Shown here piece after piece: positions 26,930 through 41,077 of a stretch of 64,000 nucleotides of DNA. The notes under the pieces were generated by a model that was not told the DNA's origin, made no database searches, and saw only the letters and a list, made by a program, of their open reading frames with translations. A program made the translations under genes and the position numbers. The stretch is from Welwitschia mirabilis. Taxonomy: Eukaryota. Within the stretch, counting starts at the first letter, position 1. Each line of letters starts with the position of its first letter. Where the stretch lies: NCBI GenBank assembly GCA_051453625.1, contig JBOZIK010000001.1, positions 19,753,923-19,817,922 of the forward strand, given 5' to 3'.

Positions 26930-28610
26930 AAAAGATTAGAAGATAGATAGCAGGAACTTCTAAAGAAAAGGAACAAGCCTTAAAATAACAAAGATCTCAA
27001 GATGAGCCTTAGTTCTATCATGAGGCACCTGCAAGAAGATTTAAAACTTGGTCTATAAAATTAGTCATTATAGAAAAACCCTTGAATTCTAGAAAAAACA
27101 TAGAGATTAGCTTATGGATTACTTTACTTAGCTAGGATGAAAAATGATCCTTTAACTAGATCACCCTATTCCGGATCTAGTAGTAATAATATTTTGTGTC
27201 AGTATTCATGAAATAGATGATAACATGGGTGCCTTTCAAACATATGTTAGAAGTACCTCTTTGTACATTATTTCTAGTTTTGTTAATTCATTTATTAGCA
27301 TAGATGATATAGATATCCCTCAGATTTATATTTATTCAGTCAAAGGAATATTCAATTTTAGAGTTATTAGTATGGCTCGGCATAGTATGAGTAATGCTTT
27401 ATTTGGGATTAGTAGAATGTACTTTATTGAGAACATTGAAATAAAAGATATACTAGATGTCTTAATTCTTAGTTTAATAACATTCTATAATATTTTGGTT
27501 AGTGGAGGTAACTATAGTTATTACAAATCCATGCATATATTGATTGTATATTGTTTACTCCCTAGATTATAGGTAGATTTGGATTTTGTTTTATGCATGG
27601 ATATCATCTTATTATTTTGCAAGGGACAAACTTTTAGTCACCCTTGTCTTATTAGCTTGATTATTAGTAGTGCAGATATTTTAGTGTCATAAATTAATCT
27701 CATTCGTTAGAAGAAACCATTCACAAAATTCAATATGAAAAATGGAGCCTATCACTACCACTAGGTAAGGGCACAAGAAGGAGGACATTATAGTATCGGT
27801 GTTCATTTTCTACTACTACTCATATCTCTTCATCAATGAAAAAGGGATTAAAGGCCATCACAAAAATGGTGGGTAAAATTGGAAGAAATCTAGAATAAGT
27901 AAAGATGAGGCACTAGTGGAGAGTTTAGAATCCATGAGAATGCCTACATGACTAGACTTAGAGGATGAATCAGATGTTAAAGAATAAATAGAACTTTTAG
28001 CTCCATTTAGCATAAGATATGGCTCAAGTAGGGCAACAGACAATGAATCCTGAGAGGAGTCTTCTAGAAATGAGGCACAAGCTTAGGGGGAGCACTAGAC
28101 TTCCATAGAGGTACATGTGCAAGGGGGAAATAGGCCTTTGATTCTTTAAAGTAGAGGAAAGCATAGGAGGAGATAGAGTCTGAAAGCTTAAATGCACCAC
28201 CTCTTGTCTTTCATCATCCACAGAGTAATATTTCATTTCACTATCCTACTTAGCCATCTTTACCTCACTCCATAATCCAATCACCACTACAATGTGTACC
28301 TTCACCACCTCCATTACATCCACCATTACCCTAGCCATCTCATGTAGAACCTACTCAGGTAAAACCACTTTTCTCTATGCATTTATCTTCATCCTTTGCA
28401 AAGAATACCATTACCATTTTTTTTAGGATGTCTATCACTCCTCAAATGTATCAATGTATGAGGATATATGCCTTTGATGGCCTTAGTAAAACATCTCATT
28501 GTCCTTCTTGAAAGAGGCACACTTCACCTTCCACTTCCTTATCATCTTATATCCAACCAACCTTCACCACCCATGATAGTGATGATAGTGATGAAGAAGG
28601 CCAAGGCATG
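26930..28610 (+). pseudogene. Decayed extra ('env-like') ORF of A1
   Basis: Lies between the RNase H tail and the PPT. Reads ..PDLV..FCVSIHEIDDNMGAFQTYVRSTSLYIISSFVNSF (ORF 27225-27572), resembling the extra-ORF family of Sire/Athila elements, followed by a Pro/Ser-rich tail. Confidence 0.6.
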
Positions 28611-29382
28611 TATTACATAAGTGATTTAGGTCTTAGTAATTAGAGACTTTTATGATGTTTAAAAAGTGGAATAAGTATTACCAAATCATTGGCATATTAG
28701 TGACTTACCAGTTGGGAATCATAGTTTTTTTTTAAGGATACTCTATTGGGCTTGGAGTTCTTGATCATAAGATATTAGATTGAATCCATGAGTTTTATTA
28801 CTATTATTGATGATTTCTCTTATTTTTTTAGCACACATTATTATTACATCATATTTTTCTACCATTACTGCTTATGAGCACATGTTTTTATGATTAGCAT
28901 ACTTTTTGTTTTTAATATGATGCTTTTGTTGGAATACTCTTAATTTTGTTATGCTCTAATGTCTATTTATTATCATTTCCATGAGTGCACTCTTTATGAT
29001 GTATTATTGGCACATAATTCAATTCCATGCTCTAATATATGGAACATTATTATTAGCATATTTCATTTGAAAAATTGTCAAACATTTTTATGCTTTACTT
29101 TTTACATACATATTTGAATGGCAAATATCATGGTTTACTAATTATTTTTGCATCTTTAGCTAATTTCTCAAATAGATCTATAACATGTCTTAATCTATTT
29201 TCCAAGTAATATATATGTGTATTTTCATATAATTTCAAGTGGTTTATATCATAAGTTTTTCAATATTATTGAATACTTTGATTATGTGTATTTCTCTAGA
29301 ACATAAATGTCTAATTTTAAATTATTTAGATGAGCTTACACAAGATTTGCCAAGTTCTCAATGTCATCAAAAAGGTGGAGAT

Positions 29383-30844
29383 TATTGGTAAATCTAGTTT
29401 TGGTAATTCCATTTGTCAAATATTTTATGTCAATGTATAGACAAGCCAATATCAAAAGCATTATACATTGATTGATCTTAGACCATGATGGATCTTTAAA
29501 GATAACATCTCATGAAAGGATTAGTTGATAAAAGAAAAACTCAATTTTTTAAATACGTTTGAAAAATTAAATACATTCTAAGTGAAGATGTTTAGGAAAT
29601 TGAAGATTTCTTTGATGTACTAGAAATCAAGTCATAGGTTAAAATATGACTACCATATCCAAAACAACTAAGCTAAAACTTGAACCTAACATAGATGAAG
29701 ATGTTTACATATTTAAAGACATCTATACTAAGCTAAAACAGGTAATAGAGTTAATTTGGTTTTTTCCTAATATCTTGTATTTTATATGAGCTATGAACTT
29801 ATAAATCATGGATTCATGATTATAGAGGTCCAAGTATACTACAGAGAGAAATTCATCGAAATTAGGATAAATTGACTAAAGATATCTAAAAAATAAAGAC
29901 GTCTAACTGTTAGTAAACATTTACAAAAGTGAAGACATCTCAGATTGAAATTTGTATTGATAAAAACTAAAGTTATGCACCTAATACTTAGATGTTTTCT
30001 ATTTATTACATGATGATTACAAAGTAAAACAACTATCTTTCAAGCTCAAATGACTTAATATTTTTCAATCATATAAAGGATTGACATAAAAAATAAAGAA
30101 GTTATTCCTTTAGATCTTAGCACACAATAGACAAATCAAAAACAAATAACACACAAGTGTAAGGAATTTCTCATAAAGAATCATAGGCATCATTAGCTTG
30201 TATTTCTTTCATCATTTGATCTTAGACCTATGTTATTGTTATCTTCATTCATACTCATCACTATAACAACTACATCAAGAAGCTCAAATCTTCATTAAAG
30301 CAATATCTTCAAGCTTGTTACTATATTATACTTTTAGTTTTACATTTTGAACTATTTTATTATTAATATTATTGTAATTTCATTCTTGAATATCAAATAC
30401 TTTGTTAAGGTAACTCTTATAAGGGTGTGTATTTAAGATTGTTCTTTTAAGTACTTCTTTGATGTAACTTTATTGGTGAGCCAAAAAACCATTATTCCCT
30501 TACAAGGAAGAAAGTAATGTCTTATGAGGAGATACTTACTATTGTAAATATTTGTGGTGCACTTATGAAAACCACTATTCTCTTGAGGGGAAGAGAGTGC
30601 TACCTTGCAAGGAGACTCTCATTTATTATTAGGTTGATGATGCACTAAAAAACCATTATTTTCTTGAAAGTGAAAAATATCTAGAGGTGTGAATAAGAGC
30701 TACCCTCTATGTGTAGACGTACCTAAGTTAGGAAACCACATTATTTGAAAAGGTGTTTTTATTATGAATTTTCATTCTATTATTGGTTTTATTTTCATTT
30801 GGTGGAACTCATTCATCCCTCCCCTTTGAGTTCAATGATTCCCA
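29383..30844 (+). repeat. 3' LTR of A1
   Basis: Starts TATTGGTAAATCTAG directly after the PPT; ends GATTCCCA followed by the TSD. Confidence 0.92.
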
Positions 30845-31519
30845 AGATACCACACTTATTTCCTTTCTGATGAAGTAATTCACTTTGTTATGGTGGAATA
30901 TCTAGAGAATGTAGTATCAGCTTTAATCCTTGAATTCCATGATTACTCATTTTATAAGAAAAGTAAAAGAAATAAAGTTTTACCTTGAACTTAATATTAA
31001 GCATATAGTTAGTCATTTACCTCCTATAGGAAGATAGGACTCTTAGGAAATGGATATGTAAATCATTTTGTAATGAAATTTATGTATGTAATACATTTTT
31101 AGAAATGTAATAAATTTTTTTCATATAATTATTTTCTAAGCTTATTATTAATCTTTTTTATATTAATGATAATTTAATAATTAATTAAGTGATAAAGGAA
31201 TCGTCACAAAATGAAAAGAGGTTTATGATCACATAATTAATTTCATAAATTAACCATGCATCACATTATCTGATTAAGCATTAAATGATCATACTTCTTT
31301 TGGAAATGCAACAAAAAAATTAAATTTAATTGTTAATATAGTGAGGCTAAAAATTGAATTTTTAGAAGTTAAAATGTTTCATTTTCTTAATTTTTTGATA
31401 TAATTATAAATTGTAAATAATTATACAATAAGGACTAATGATTTAGCTAGTTGCATGGGCTTATTATAATATGAATATCAAGCAATGTACACTTATTCAC
31501 TATTGATAAAAATACAAAT

Positions 31520-33800
31520 AGATTAGTTCAAACGTGTCAAGACTAGGTTATAAATAAGAACAGGCTATTAATAGATAACTAACCATTAATAGCTATCAAC
31601 AGCTTGATGATGAGACATCTATATAATGGCTTCATGATAAGGAAAAATCTAAAGTTAAGGATGCATAAACCCATCCTAGTGTAATATTCATGTAATTGAA
31701 CTTATTAACAATCAATAACTTCACAACAGACTTCAATTAAAAATGTTAAGACACTACAAAAAGAGATCATAACTTATTGATAACCTATTGATTTTTTAAA
31801 AAACTTGTAATAGGATGAATAATTAGTTTTTAACAAGCCTTAAAATAGATATTACTTTTAGTTTTCTTGTAATGATAAGTATGAATCCCTAATCAATAGC
31901 AATAATCATGAAGATATGAATAATCGAGAGGATTTTTAACCATTTTTGATAGGCAGGTGATAAGTATTCAAGATTTTGCATGTCCTATCAATAATTAATC
32001 CAACATGCAAGAGGAAATTACAAGAAAAGTATAAGCAATTGAAAGAATCAACTTAGTGTTAATTATTTTATACTCCAAATCCTTTATTTTCATATCTAAG
32101 TTGATGTAAATGCCATTGTAGTATTCTTTAAAATTCCATTAGAAGTTAAGTATAAATGCATATTCTTTTAAATTATCTTATAAAGATTACTTTTAGAGAT
32201 TCTTTTAGTGCATATTCAATTTGATCCATAATGTGTAATCAATTTGAGACTTCTTATTAAAATGTTATTAGAATATTTTTGAATTAGGTTATTTTATTTA
32301 ACTTCTTTTAATTTCTACTTTTGATTTTAATTTTTTTCCTTCATTATAGTAATTCATAATGTAAAATTTTTAGTTGATATTCCAAGTTTATTTTATAATC
32401 AATGTCATAGCTTTTTTTTAATATTTTGCAGTCTCAAATTAGCATCCTATGCATATAACTAGTTTAATGCATGATATAATTTATAGTACAAATTAATATT
32501 TTCATTTATTATGTGATATGGAATCCATTCATATATTCATTAAAGACCAATTTGTAAGTCATGTTATTTTACTTTCATGCATTATTAATAGGGTAACAGA
32601 CTATGAATATTGTAAAATCGATATAATTCATCTTTCCTTTAATGTGCATAATTAAGTTGAAAGCGAGTAGTTTCTTTTGGCTTTTTTTTTTATATGAAAT
32701 TTGTTTGTAATTTGCATTATTTTATTTTTACTTAAAAAATAAATTAGATCTACTTAATTACTCAAATCTAGTTTCTATTATCTTAAATCTACATTTGAAA
32801 TCTTCCTAGCATATGATAAGCTACGACATGAGAGCTTAGCTAGCTCTCACTACTTGTTACATTTTAGTGCCATTTCTATAAAATCATTAGTGATTAAATA
32901 TTTCGAAATAGGTTTCATTAATTATTTTATTTAAAATTTTTAAAATTTATTATTGAATTTTAGAAAAACATGATAAGTGGTCAGAACTAGGCATACTATC
33001 ATAACCTATCTTATCAAATCCTAGAACATATCCTAAGAAACCTTCAAATGTGGATTTAAGATAATAAGAACTAGCTTAACTAATTAACTATGTTTAATTT
33101 CTTTTCATAACCAATAAATCAAGTAATTTAAACTTTAAATAAATGTAACTATGAAAAATAAAAGTAAAAAAAACTACTTATACTTAATTTTATAGTGAAT
33201 TTTAGATGAGATTACAATGGACTATATGATAAGTCAGATGTGGGAATAAAGGAGTTTGAGTACATATTAATTTAACACCAATTTGGGCCTTTAACTCCTT
33301 GTCCTTTCCTTTTATTTGTTTATCTCATATTGGGTTGATTATTAATAAAACATGCTAAATCCTTAATCCTTATTGGATGCCTCTCACAAATGGCTAAAAA
33401 TCCTCTCAATTATTGATATGGTTATGATTTTCATCATTGATTATGAATTTCCCTTATTACATTTGAGAAAATTATAACTATTTACATTTTAAGATTGTCA
33501 ATAATTATTAGTTATTCCTATTACAAGTATTTTAATCAATCTGTAGCTTACCGATAAGTCTCCCTTCCTTTTTGTAACATGTTATCATTTTTAACTGATT
33601 TCGTTATGAAGCCATCAATTGTTAATTCTATTCTTAGATTTCATAGTACAATGTGTCCATCAATTCTTAACCTTATATATTCCTTATTATCAAGCTATTA
33701 TATAGTTATCTTATTACATGCTATCAATAGCTATAAATGGTCAATTATTTGTGAATATATTTTTCCTCTTTATCATACTATATTAGCAAGTTTGAACTAA
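31520..33800. repeat. Long degenerate inverted repeat: arms ~31520-32158 and ~33178-33800 around a ~1 kb spacer
   Basis: The reverse complement of 33800-33178 aligns by eye along the left arm (TTAGTTCAAAC; ACCATT(A/T)ATAGCTAT; CCTTTATT...CCATTGTA...TTAAGTATAA). Confidence 0.8.
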
Positions 33801-33813
33801 CCCCCCCTTTTTT

Positions 33814-35498
33814 TGTTTGGTAAATCTAGTTTTGATGATTCCACATGTCAAATATTTTATATGATTATGTAGATAGGTCAACACTAAGAGCATAAAACAT
33901 TGGTAGGCCTTAAACTATGATAGATCTTCAAAGACATCATTTCACAAAAAGGATTAATTAATAAAATAAAAAATCAATTGTTTAAAGATGTCTAGGATAT
34001 TTAAGACATCTTGAGTAAAGACATCTAGGAAATTAAAGACATCTTAGATGTACTAGAATTCAAGTCATAGGCTATAATTTAACTACCATATTCAATATAA
34101 CTGAGCTAAAAGTTGAATCTAAGATAAATAAAGATGTATACATTCTTGAAAACATCTATAATAAGCTGAAACAGATAAAAGAGTTAATTTATTTTTTGAA
34201 TAATATCTTACATTTCAGGTGGGATATGAACTTGTACATCACAGATTTTGATAAATTTCTTATAGACATCTTTAATTAACTTATCTATATTTTGATGTCT
34301 ACAAAGTAAAATTTCATCTTAATAAAACCCAAAGTTAGTGTGTGATGCCTAGACATTACCTATTCATTGTGTAGCAGTTACAAAGTTAAATGGCTATCTT
34401 TTAAGCTCAAACATCTAGATTTTCCTTGATCATATAAAGCCTCAACATCATGAAATAAAGAAAAGTTTTTAGAACTTTAATGAATATATAGCCAAATAAC
34501 TCTTACCACTTCATTGATTAAATAGAATACAAAATAACAAATGCATGAGTGAAAGGAACCTCTCATGAAGAATCAAAGGCATCATTTGCAAGGAGCTTAA
34601 ATCTTCATCAAATCTAAATCTTTAGGCTTATTGTTGTACTATAGTTTTAGTTATAGATTGTTAACTATCTTATTATTGAATTTTGCTATAAGTATATTCT
34701 TGAATATCAAATACTTTATGAGGCAATCCTTGTAGGGGTGTGAATTTGAGATTATACTTATAAGAACTTATTTAATTTAAGGTTATTAGTGAGTCAGAAG
34801 ATGATTATTCCATTATGAAGAAGAGAGTGTTGTATTTCAAGGAGAATCTCACTTATGTAAAGATCTATGATTTGCCTATGAAATCCATTATTCCCTTGAG
34901 GAGGGGAAAGAACTGCCTTTTGTAAAATTTGTAATGCACTAGAAAATCGCTATTTTCTTATAGGTCAAGAATACCGGAGGTATGAGTAGAAGCTATCCTC
35001 TATAGGCAGATGTACCTATGTTGGGAAATTAAGTTATATTAATAAGGTATTTCTATTATGCATTTCCATTCTATTGTTGATTTAAAATTTATCTAATGTA
35101 ATTCATTCACCCTTTCCCTCTGAGTTAAATAATCCTCGAGTGGTATTAGAGTGAGTACTTATGAAAATAAGTAACTTAAGTAAACATTGGAAGGGATGTC
35201 ATCCATTAGACCTATGCTCTTCAACAGGATAAACTATGCCTATTAGAAGATGAGGATGTGGGTGCACTTATATTATTTTAAGTTTTAGATATGGTAAAGC
35301 ATAGAAGAAGACTATACAAATCCTATGGAAATCATTATAAATACTACATGCAATACTACGGCTCAGATCAAAAAAAGGAAATGTTGAAAAGACAAAGAAA
35401 ATGTTGCATTCTTGTATCACTTTAAAGTTAAAAATGCAGTTTATTCTACTTTATCTATAAAAACGATCAATAGAATAGCAGGTTGCAAGATGGCATAA
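33814..35498 (+). mobile_element. Element A2, left part: 5' LTR (33814-35138), PBS and start of gag
   Basis: LTR homologous to A1; PBS TGGTATTAGAG at 35141; gag EGMSSIRPMLFNRINYAY*KMRM stops abruptly at 35498. Confidence 0.9.
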
Positions 35499-35686
35499 TG
35501 AGGATCATTGAAATTAGAGGATAAGTTTGAATGAGTTTATCAAATAAAAATTAAACTAATAGCAGAATGGAAATGCACAATAAAAACACCTTACCAAATA
35601 ATATGGTTTTTCAACCTAAGTATGTCAATACATAGAGGGTAGCTTCTACTCATATCTCTGGATATTTACTATTAGAAACATAGACT

Positions 35687-36025
35687 TTTAAGGAATTTCT
35701 TAAAAACCTTAAGAAATGCCTTAAAATGCCTTAACAAATGCCTTAAATTCTTTTAAGACATTTTATCAGAAAACCCATTAAAAAACCTTGCTTTAAAAGC
35801 CTACATGCTTTTAAGGCATTTCAAAGGCATCATATTTGAGGCATTTGTATTTCCTTTTAAGGCATTTCTTAACAAAAACATATTAAAAGGATTTTAAGAC
35901 ATTTATATTAAAACATGTCTTAAAAACCTTTTAAGGCATTTAAAATACCTTAGAAGGCTTTTAAGATGTTTTTTGATATAAATGCCTTAAAAGGCTTTCA
36001 ACATGTTTTAAAAATAAATGTTTCA
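35687..36025. repeat. CACTA left subterminal repeats
   Basis: Many direct and inverted copies of AATGCCTTAAAA / TTTTAAGGCATT. Confidence 0.9.
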
Positions 36026-36803
36026 AACTATTTTTTTTTTACATGAATACATCAAAATGTTTTGAGTTATCCTAGTAAATAAACTCCTTAAAATACATAA
36101 CTTTGAAGGAAAAAGAAAAAAATAATGGTGCTAATATTGAAGGAACACCCAAAATTAGGCAACAGTCAAATCTGATAGAGAAAAAGGGTACAGATAAAAA
36201 GAATTTTAAAAATGTTTATTAGATTGATACATTGAACTTTCATAACCATGTGCCCTTCTTTTCATTATCTAATGGATTTCCTCTTATAATCCTCTTATAA
36301 GGGTGGTGGCTTGTTTCACTTGTATAATTCTTATAAGCCTATGATTTAAGTTCCTCCTCCGTGTGTCCTTTTTTCTAGTTTCTAATGAATTTTTAAAATC
36401 ATTACAAGTCATTTTATTCATTTATTATTGCTTTTTTTCTTATGATACCATTTCTTAAAGTGTCTAAATTTTAAGTTAATTATCATTTTACCTTATACAT
36501 TATTACTACTTTCCATAAAGCCTAAAGGTTTTATCTTATTCCACATAAATCATGTGACTAATATTAAAAACCTCATAAAACTAAGGGATAATAACACAAA
36601 GTTCCCTTGAATTTCATACACATTAAAAACAATAAATAATATTGGATATTATAGTTGAAGTTTTCAGTTTTCAATGTCTCATTAAAAATACAATCCTGCT
36701 ACCACCTTTAAAGTGAAATATTTTAACAGAAGAAGATAATATGTGCATGAAATTAAAGAATAAAAAAGTGAGTCAATGACTACGATCCATTAAAATTGTG
36801 TAC

Positions 36804-37085
36804 CTCAGATGGTTCTCTAAGTGAAAATGTAGCATTAGTTTCCTTTAGAACAGTTCTCACAAAAGTTCCACATCCTTGACCTCTATTCATTAATACTTGT
36901 TAATAAAAAATTTAATGATTCAAAGGATATAAAATTTATCTCATAACATGTAAATTTATTTTAAATATCACATGATCATCTATAATAGCATTAGACTTGG
37001 TTAGATAAATAACAAACCTTAAATGCATCTTCATCCATACGATCAACTCCTATGATTATACAGTCCTCAAATCATGTGTTATCAT
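36804..37085 (-). pseudogene. TPP: Trehalose-6-phosphate phosphatase fragment, C-terminal exons (~37085-37018 and 36896-36804)
   Basis: IGVDRMDEDAFK|gt (cf. IGDDRTDEDAFK) and VLMNRGQGCGTFVRTVLKETNATFSLREPSE|gt (cf. VLR.RGQGFGILVSK.PKET.A.YSL.EPSE). Confidence 0.85.
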
Positions 37086-39509
37086 TAATGTTTTATGCCT
37101 TCTCTACACAAACAATATTAAAAAGCAGAAGCACCTTTAAAATATTGTAGATAGTATTTAACAGAACGTATGTAGCATAAGACCATGGACAATTGCATTG
37201 ATTTCAATAAAATAGAGCATGAAAGAAAAACAAGAATATTAGGTACTTATGTTTTACATGGAAAAAATTAAAATGATTTAAAACTAGACAAGAATTGAGT
37301 AGATTATAGTAAAAATAACTTGAACAAATCAGAAAACATATGGGTAACTATAAAGTAATAGAAAACTAAGTTTGATTTCCTAACTAGCAAAAATTTAAGC
37401 TCACATTTTAACATTAGATGTAGAACTTAAATGGTGGACTTTCTTAAAGAATAGAATGGCTAGTATGATTAAATCANNNNNNNNNNNNNNNNNNNNNNNN
37501 NNNNNNNNNNNNNNNNNNNNNNNNNNNNNNNNNNNNNNNNNNNNNNNNNNNNNNNNNNNNNNNNNNNNNNNNNNNNNNNNNNNNNNNNNNNNNNNNNNNN
37601 NNNNNNNNNNNNNNNNNNNNNNNNNNNNNNNNNNNNNNNNNNNNNNNNNNNNNNNNNNNNNNNNNNNNNNNNNNNNNNNNNNNNNNNNNNNNNNNNNNNN
37701 NNNNNNNNNNNNNNNNNNNNNNNNNNNNNNNNNNNNNNNNNNNNNNNNNNNNNNNNNNNNNNNNNNNNNNNNNNNNNNNNNNNNNNNNNNNNNNNNNNNN
37801 NNNNNNNNNNNNNNNNNNNNNNNNNNNNNNNNNNNNNNNNNNNNNNNNNNNNNNNNNNNNNNNNNNNNNNNNNNNNNNNNNNNNNNNNNNNNNNNNNNNN
37901 NNNNNNNNNNNNNNNNNNNNNNNNNNNNNNNNNNNNNNNNNNNNNNNNNNNNNNNNNNNNNNNNNNNNNNNNNNNNNNNAATAAAAGATACTTTTACTTT
38001 GGCCTTAGATATTAATTGACCTTTATAAAGTCTTACTTTTTTATTTCTAAACTTAAAAGGATTACAAGATGATGATAAGAAGGATCAAAAGGGAATGATG
38101 AGATTCATGAAAAAATCACCCTTGACACTTTGGATGTCATTTCCTTAAAGTAAATTAAGAGGAGTACTAAGGGATTTTGAGTTAAAGCCACTTACATTGA
38201 AAAAGAGGAACTAGTGATTTTAGTTCTTAACTGTCTTTTTTGGAGTGATGGACATGATCCAAGCCTTTAAGATGATAAGTAATTGACACAAGAAGCTTTA
38301 GAAAAGCTAGAAAATGTTGTAAAGATTGTAACAAAGTTGTGAGTTTCTTTGTGCCATCTTCATCCTTTATCATGATTTTGTCTAGTGATATATATAGACA
38401 GTTTCTTTTATTTTTTTTTTTTTATAATTTCCATGTTTCTCTCAATGAGCTATTATAATGTAGTGATTTTTTCCTTTATTTTGGAGGGGTTTTTAGTAAA
38501 GAAAAATAAGGGAAAAGATCATGTGAAAGGTCCATTCAGCTATCACCCACCAACCATCAAGAAGAAAAATGTTAAAGGTAATTTTTATAATTTTGACTTC
38601 CTTCTTTTCAATTTTATTATCTTACTATTCTTATGCATTCCAGAGGTTAATTTTGAGTTATTTTTATTTTTGTGTATTATAGGGATGGACCTTAACTCTT
38701 GATTATTGTTGGATAATGAGAATGAATCATTTCTATGTTTGAATCTAGCTAAAAGAAAGTTAGAATAGGGATAATGAAGAATACATATACATGAATTTAT
38801 GGAGATTAAGAATTGCAATGAGATTTATAGGATGTTCAAGAGGTAAAACATGGATATGATTAATTTATTTGAAGGATTTATGTAGTGGCTACTGTTTAAA
38901 CCATGTTGATCATTAACAACTAGTATTCTAGGTCATTGTAAATACACATGACAACATTTTATGTAACATACACATAATTCATCAAATCTAGTAGTTTTCT
39001 AGTATTCATAAGTATATTTTGACAACCATTGCCAGGAATTTAGGGTAAGACATACATGTAATAGCTCTTTCTTTGAATGATACCCTCATAATGCAGGATC
39101 CATAATTTTCGTAACCTTTTTTATGTCTGAGAGATAGGGAAGGGCCTATAAATAGAGTATAGAATTTGAAATTGGTAAAATGAAGTAAATAGTAGGTGCA
39201 AAATGTGTTGAAATATAGGGATGCTTTGATCTTAAAATAAGTATCTAAGCTAAAAACCTGGTCATTAAGCATTAGGTGATTTCATTAGCATTTTCACATA
39301 AATAAATGCTAGTTGATGGGAATTATGTCATGATTCATTGATGGCAGCCAATTTAATGTTTGAAATATAAAATGAATGCTTGTATTAAAGTTTTTAGCAC
39401 TTCTCACTGAGTATAGCATGACATTACAAACCATATGTGCATAAGCTAGGTTTCTAATTACACTTGTTGATATATGAGAATGATATGTGATGCCTCCCCT
39501 TTGCTTATG

Positions 39510-39571
39510 TTCATTAAATAAGTACAACTAATTGGTTGAAAGAAGGTAACCACTTTTTCTTAAGACTTATC
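39510..39571 (-). pseudogene. TPP: Probable TPP middle exon
   Basis: cag|DKS*EKVVTFFQPIS (cf. ..V.LFQPA.EFLPMI.E), in the expected order between the other TPP exons. Confidence 0.5.
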
Positions 39572-40610
39572 CTGTTAAAATATAAAAAAGTAATGTATAT
39601 TTATTTTACATTTGTACTTAATTAAATAAATATGTTTGATTAAAATTATATTAGCCAATATTGAAATATATAGGTAAGCTAATACATCACCCAATTATAA
39701 ATAGATGTCCCACCTCATTGTTAAGTAGTTACTATAGATACCATATGAAGTAGCTGAGAAGTACTATGACTTTGTGATAGGTAGCTCACCATAATAGGAT
39801 GGATCAAGCCCTAAGGAAAGAGGGGTAGGTAGGGTTGAAATTTAATGTTTAGTTGGTAAAAGAGGTTTAGATGTAAAAACTTGAGGTTTAATAAGCCTGT
39901 TTCTCAACTGACATTGTCAAATTTCCCCATGTAAATGGTATCAAGAATTATTCTTATTGGACAAAAAATAAAGAGTATAAAATCTTTGTTTACATCTTAA
40001 GTATTGGTTCTGAATTAATTATTGCTTTGTTTTAGAAATGAAGGACTAGCAAGTGATGGAAATGGGGGCATCTGCTATGTTAACTAACTTACATTACATA
40101 ATCATATAAATTGGTAAATAGATGGGAGTTTAATAAGTGGGATACTTAAGATCACAGTTTTGACATTTTGATGTATATTTTTACATATTTTGAAGTCTTG
40201 ACATAACAAACTTAAAAAATACGATTACATTATTTATTTAGACACTCATAATAATTATATCTCTAAGAAAAATATAGTTATTAAAAGTTTTAATTTTGAG
40301 ATCTATATTAACATAAATTAATCAAAAATTAATATAAAATATTTTACACTAAAAGAGCTAACATTACTTTGTTTTATAAAAAACATTTTCTAAATTATCT
40401 AATTAATCATACCTAAAGTTATCTTACTTAATTTCTTAAATATCAAGTCATAAAATTAAGCTAGCTTTATACTAATCAAAATAGTTATTATCCAAAGTTA
40501 CATGCTTCCACATGGTTCCCACTCCCATCTGTTTTGTGACCCTTGAGATTTAATCTTCCTAAGCCATTAATAAGTTTAACTATGAATCATGGTAGATAAT
40601 AAAGACTTAC

Positions 40611-41077
40611 CCAAGAAACTGAAATTCCTTCTCCATGAGGTCTCTTCATATCGATTGATACCCTGCCTATTACTAGTTCCAATAGAACTATCCCAAAGCT
40701 ATAAACATCAAAATTATAGTTAATTGTCCTATAAGTGCATACCTGCATTAAAGCTTCATGTTGTTATTCTTAGTGAATTAATATTACTAAACAAGAAAAT
40801 TACTTTGTTAAAATCTTTAAAAAATGTACTCAGGTGCAATGTAACCTATGGTTCCTAAAACTTAAGTCGAGACAACTTTTCAGAGCCAAGCTTTACAAGG
40901 CCAAAATAAAATATCTTAGCCTTGTAATTTTCATCAAGTAGGATATTTTTCATCTTGAAATCTCTATGCATAATTGGGGATTAATGTCCTCATAAAGGAA
41001 TTCAAGACCTTTGGCAGCATCAATGGCTATCCTCAATTGAATTGGCCAGTCTAAAATTGGAGAAGTGCCAAACGAAC
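40611..41077 (-). pseudogene. Receptor-like kinase fragment, subdomains VI-IX/X, two exons (41077-40830 and 40742-40611); extensin-like RLK family
   Basis: LDWPIQLRIAIDAAKGLEFLYED..IMHRDFKMKNILLDENYKAKIFYFGLVKLGSE..VST*VLGTIGYIAPE|YALIGQLT...YSFGIVLLELVIGRVSIDMKRPHGEGISVSW|gtaagt. Canonical GT-AG intron splits the E codon of APE. Confidence 0.92.

Larger units (their letters stand above)
22485..30844 (+). mobile_element. Sirevirus-like copia element A1: LTR-PBS-gag-(no pol)-env-like-PPT-LTR with target site duplication
   Basis: LTRs at 22485-23931 and 29383-30844; 5-bp TSD AGATA (22480-22484, 30845-30849); PBS TGGCATCAGA at 23934; PPT AAAAAGGTGGAGA at 29369-29381. Confidence 0.93.

Noticed and set aside
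35687-36025. Short repeats with spacers that could suggest a CRISPR array
   Set aside because: Mixed orientation, irregular spacing, eukaryotic context; explained as CACTA subterminal repeats.
39935-39946. TGGTATCAAG PBS-like motif inside the CACTA
   Set aside because: No adjacent CA terminus, LTR pair or gag trace.
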